In this document: piece by piece, positions 15,911 through 19,240 of the stretch
Layout: the number at the start of each line of letters is the position of its first letter
Position numbering within the stretch: the first letter of the stretch is position 1
Source of the DNA: a bacterium
GTDB taxonomy: Bacteria; Zhuqueibacterota; Zhuqueibacteria; Oceanimicrobiales; Oceanimicrobiaceae
NCBI GenBank assembly: GCA_037446635.1
Contig: JBBIIG010000073.1
Location: 1 to 19,240 of the forward strand
Reading direction: 5' to 3'
DNA: 19,240 nucleotides
Translations under genes and position numbers: made by a program
The notes under the pieces: generated by a model
What the model was told of the DNA's origin: nothing
What the model saw: only the letters and a program-made list of their open reading frames with translations
Database searches by the model: none

Positions 15911-18861
15911 AACAATTTCAACGAAATCATCCACTCGTGGGAATCGCGGCGGGCGCGATTTTTAGCGGCGGCGAAACCGACGGAGAAGGTCGCCGCCTGG
16001 TGTGAAAACAGCACCAGCCGAAAATCGAGTTGGGCGCCGAGATTCACTGATGTTAGTCGGGTCGCGGCGTCGTCCAAGTTGGTGCGGATACCCGTGGAAA
16101 ACACCGCCAGCCGCGCCCAGTTCAAATAAAACGCCGGAAATCCCACCCGCCGGAATCGCAGCGGCGGCAGGTTCCACTCCAACATGGTTTTGGCGAAATT
16201 CCTTCCACCAATTTCGTTCAACTCCACGCCGGGGAAGCTGTAATATTCGCGGTAGCGTTTTTCGTCAAGATGATCGACCCAGTTATTGCCGAATCCGCCA
16301 AAGAAAAAATTCGCAAACGGATTTTCGCGATCGCCAAACGACTGCCCGGCGGAGCTGCGCAGCCACAGCGACGAGTGTTTGACGGGCAGCAAAATTCCGT
16401 AGTCCAAAGTAGTGTAAATTCCGGGAAAAGCTTTTTTATTCACATAATTGTTGCGCGCCGCCAGCTGCCACTTCACCCCTTTTTCATCATCCACTGCGCC
16501 TAAAGTTTTGCGGACGTTTTGAAAATTCAAGCTCGCGCGCGCGGATAACAGTTCTTCAAACGTGGCGGCGACGTTTTGAAAATCCGGCAAGCGCTCCAGC
16601 CCACCGTAACCGGTCACGCTAAAATTCAGCGACACGGTTTTCGGCGGGTCAAACAGCAGCGATTTTTTGTATTTGATTCCCAGCGAGTACCCCTTGCGGC
16701 TGGTTTTGGTGGGGCCAAACAGATCATAAAAATCGGCGCCGTTGTAGCTGGCGTGAAGCTCCCACTGCCAGTGGCGAAAACTGGAGCTTACGTGCAGCCG
16801 CTCGTCGGCGGGCAGGTCGCCATCCGGGGTGTAAGAAACGGTCGCGCCCAGCCCGCTCAATCCGATGCGATCGGAAAAATCCAAATGCACGCCGACGGCG
16901 GCGAAATCTTTGTATCCCTCCACCACCGGATAAGCCGAAGCCAGCCGGATGTTGGGCAGCAAATTGTATTTGCCGTTGGCTGCGCCGAGGGAATCCAGAT
17001 TAACCGCAGCGGGCGAGGGAATGATCCAATTGCGGACGATGGGATATTTGTTGGCGATCTCGTTTCCCAAAAATTTCACTGCGCTCACCGTCTGCAGCGG
17101 CTGGTTGGCGATAACCACCGGCACAAATCCTTTGCCGGAATAATTCATCACCACCAGTGAGTCGGCGGAAATGGGCAGCGGCCGGAAAAAGCCGGTTTCG
17201 CAGTTGCTCAAAATTTCCATGTCGCTTTTTTCAAAATCGTAGCGGTAGATGTTGGAGACGCCGGAGTAGTAGGACGAACCGTAAAGGTACCTTCCGTCCG
17301 CGGAAAAAATGAAATTCGCGGGATTACTATTTTCAAAATCGAACAAAACTTCAAACGAGGCGTCGCCGGCCAAGAGTTTTCCAATTGCAAATTTCACCAG
17401 CCGCTGCTGGCCATTCACTTCCACCAACGCGCCGGTGAGATGCGCGCCGTCGGGCGAAACGTCGATGTCATAAAAATCGCGGCCGTAGGGAAAGGTATGA
17501 ATTTGATTCCACTCATTGTACGGAGGCGGGATGCGAACGAGGGTTGACAAGCCGTTATCGTGGCGGACGCCCCACAACGATTGGTCGGCGGCGTTGAAGG
17601 CGAGGTCGCCGACGCGGGAATCTTTCATCAGCATTTTGGTCTGGCCGCTGCGGAGATCCACCCTGCGCAGATCGCGCCAGTTGCCGTTGTCGGAGGTGAA
17701 AAACAAAATCTTCGCTGCCGGATCAAAGGCCAACGAAGACACGGAATAGAGCGCCGGGCCGGGCACGTCGGAAATTTTTTGCAGGCGGCCGCTGGCGATT
17801 TCAATCGCCGCGATGTGCGCGGTTTTTCCCGGGTAGAGCACGGCCACGTACATTTGATGGCTGGTGGAATCATAAAACGCGCGCGACACCGACCCCAGCG
17901 CCTCCTGAATAATGGGACGATACGGGGTCGTGGGCTGCAAACGAATAGAATCTAAATTGGCGTTTTGCCAGCCGCGCTCCCACTCAATCCAATCGCGCCA
18001 GCCATCATCGATGGAAAGGCCAAAGGTCTTTTTGAAGTGCCCGGCAAAATAAGCTTTGCTGCCCGGTTTGCGCGACAGCCACTCGATCAACTTTTCGGGC
18101 GTGTATTGGTAGGCGAGATAACTCATGAAACGGGTGCCGTAGAGATAGGCGTTCACGCCCACCTGAAAATCAACCGTGGTGCCCTCGGATTCGAGTCCCA
18201 CCATGTCGTAAATGTAGGCGCCGTCGCGCACCATAGTGCGGAACACCATTTCATCGTAGGCGCCCAGGGCGCGCCCGAGGCCGCCGGCCATCCAGGTTTC
18301 GAGAAAGACGGCGCTGCCTTCGAGATACCAGCGCGGGGTGTAACGGCGCGGGTTGGTCAGATAACTGTAAAGCATGGATTCCGGGTGCTGGGCGGTAGGC
18401 AGCACTTTTCCGAAAAACAGCGTGCGGTAAAAATTATCCGCGCCGATTCCTTTATCCATGATCACCACGTGCGCCAGCTCGTGGTTCATCATCCAGTTCA
18501 TGCGCTCGTTGGCCGGCATGGTTTCATAAACGTAGCTGAAAGGCGACATGCCAACCCGAATCAAATTATAGGGCACGGTGGAAGCGCCGCCATTGCCGTA
18601 ATCGGAAAAGTCGTCCATCAAAACGGTGGCCCGCTCGTCCGATGAGTAGTCGAAGAGCGAGCGGTGAAATTGCAGGGCGTTTTCGTAGCAGCGCGCCACG
18701 TGCGGCGCCAAATATTCCTGCGATTTCCCCAGGTAAACCAGCCGCACATTTTTCGTTTCGAGCTGATGGAATTGTCCGTAAAGAGAAGTCGCCAGCAGCA
18801 GAGACAAGCGCAGCTTCCAGGTGACGATTCTCAAAATCAGGCTTTCATGATTTGTGCTCAT
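15907..18861 (-). CDS. Secreted/outer-membrane protein: HExxH zinc-peptidase-like domain, beta-propeller repeats and putative C-terminal beta-barrel
   Basis: Signal-like N-terminus (...LLLATSLYG|Q); HELAH plus downstream PRWYLEG; propeller-like repeats (LAFDPAAKILFF, LAFNAADQSLW, IDVSPDGAHL, FIFSADGRYLYG); amphipathic strands in the last ~350 aa ending WMISLKLL. Confidence 0.75.
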   Translation of the reverse strand: MSTNHESLILRIVTWKLRLSLLLATSLYGQFHQLETKNVRLVYLGKSQEYLAPHVARCYENALQFHRSLFDYSSDERATVLMDDFSDYGNGGASTVPYNLIRVGMSPFSYVYETMPANERMNWMMNHELAHVVIMDKGIGADNFYRTLFFGKVLPTAQHPESMLYSYLTNPRRYTPRWYLEGSAVFLETWMAGGLGRALGAYDEMVFRTMVRDGAYIYDMVGLESEGTTVDFQVGVNAYLYGTRFMSYLAYQYTPEKLIEWLSRKPGSKAYFAGHFKKTFGLSIDDGWRDWIEWERGWQNANLDSIRLQPTTPYRPIIQEALGSVSRAFYDSTSHQMYVAVLYPGKTAHIAAIEIASGRLQKISDVPGPALYSVSSLAFDPAAKILFFTSDNGNWRDLRRVDLRSGQTKMLMKDSRVGDLAFNAADQSLWGVRHDNGLSTLVRIPPPYNEWNQIHTFPYGRDFYDIDVSPDGAHLTGALVEVNGQQRLVKFAIGKLLAGDASFEVLFDFENSNPANFIFSADGRYLYGSSYYSGVSNIYRYDFEKSDMEILSNCETGFFRPLPISADSLVVMNYSGKGFVPVVIANQPLQTVSAVKFLGNEIANKYPIVRNWIIPSPAAVNLDSLGAANGKYNLLPNIRLASAYPVVEGYKDFAAVGVHLDFSDRIGLSGLGATVSYTPDGDLPADERLHVSSSFRHWQWELHASYNGADFYDLFGPTKTSRKGYSLGIKYKKSLLFDPPKTVSLNFSVTGYGGLERLPDFQNVAATFEELLSARASLNFQNVRKTLGAVDDEKGVKWQLAARNNYVNKKAFPGIYTTLDYGILLPVKHSSLWLRSSAGQSFGDRENPFANFFFGGFGNNWVDHLDEKRYREYYSFPGVELNEIGGRNFAKTMLEWNLPPLRFRRVGFPAFYLNWARLAVFSTGIRTNLDDAATRLTSVNLGAQLDFRLVLFSHQAATFSVGFAAAKNRARRDSHEWMISLKLL

Positions 18862-18990
18862 TTTTCGAACCTAAATTAAACAGACTGCCGGGGCTAAAGA
18901 ACGCGCCAATTGGCTTCCGCAGGTTTTCAACGGAAATGCCTTTGGCGCATTGGTGATAAAAAATGAAATTAAAAAATCGAGGAAAGACTT

Positions 18991-19035
18991 AAAAAAAGGA
19001 GATACCGCTGCCCTTGGCCGCGCGGCAGCGGTATC
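18991..19035 (-). terminator. Intrinsic terminator after the repeat-protein gene
   Basis: 12-bp stem gataccgctgcc (19001-19012) / ggcagcggtatc (19024-19035), then UCC-U7 on the minus strand. Confidence 0.75.
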
Positions 19036-19060
19036 CATGCGCTGAAAATTTTTTTTATTC

Positions 19061-19240
19061 TTATTTGTCCGCGAACGTCGAGCGCATCTCCGCGCTGGTA
19101 GTCAGCTCGGCAAATTTCGAGCGCAGGTCGGCGTTGGCCATCAGTTCGGCGAAATTCGAGCGCAGTTCAGCGTTGGCCATCAACTCCGCAAATTTAGAGC
19201 GAACATCGGAGATCGCCGTCAGCTCGTCAAATAACCAGCG
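19061..19240 (-). CDS. 3' end of a hypothetical protein with 13-aa tandem repeats (partial, runs off the right edge)
   Basis: RWL-FDELTAISDVRSK-FAELMANAELRSN-FAELMANADLRSK-FAELTTSAEMRST-FADK*. The 39-bp units differ often at synonymous positions, and a terminator follows. Confidence 0.8.
   Translation of the reverse strand, partial: RWLFDELTAISDVRSKFAELMANAELRSNFAELMANADLRSKFAELTTSAEMRSTFADK

Noticed and set aside
18893..18909. Sigma54-like TGGCGC...GC motif upstream of the 984-aa gene (minus strand)
   Set aside because: The GG-to-GC spacing is 11 nt rather than the required 10, and the motif is part of a hairpin arm.
19064..19240. 39-bp periodic repeats as a possible CRISPR array
   Set aside because: No unique spacers; the period is a multiple of 3 and variation is codon-like, so this is a protein repeat.

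Overview
Bacterial chromosome window with almost every gene on the minus strand. Gene content and the Gln-start secreted protein suggest a diderm FCB-group lineage such as KSB1 or Calditrichota; this is inference only. Bases ~200-13600 are housekeeping: E2 acyltransferase, lipA, tRNA-Val(GAC), thrS, infC (ATT start), rpmI, rplT, pheS, pheT, zapB-like, zapA, rny, ymdB-like, folD and tRNA-Arg(CCG). The left edge carries the terminal inverted repeat of an IS21-like element and a candidate ~65-nt sRNA with an ECF-type promoter, a CU-rich anti-SD seed and an intrinsic terminator. Bases ~13600-14900 are a decayed accessory patch: DUF309, a hicA remnant disrupted by a REP-like insert, an intact short hicB, and a frameshifted DUF1801 gene missing from the ORF track. 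The right end holds the best candidate for an undescribed system: a 13-aa tandem-repeat protein (partial), a 984-aa secreted HExxH-peptidase/beta-propeller/putative beta-barrel protein, and a translationally coupled PrsW-family intramembrane protease with an extra C-terminal domain. Other oddities: folD uses a stop codon inside tRNA-Arg, thrS starts 6 nt after tRNA-Val with no SD, a structured terminator-containing leader lies between the promoter and tRNA-Val/thrS, and RNase Y has lost its HH motif. All family calls are by recognition, not database search.
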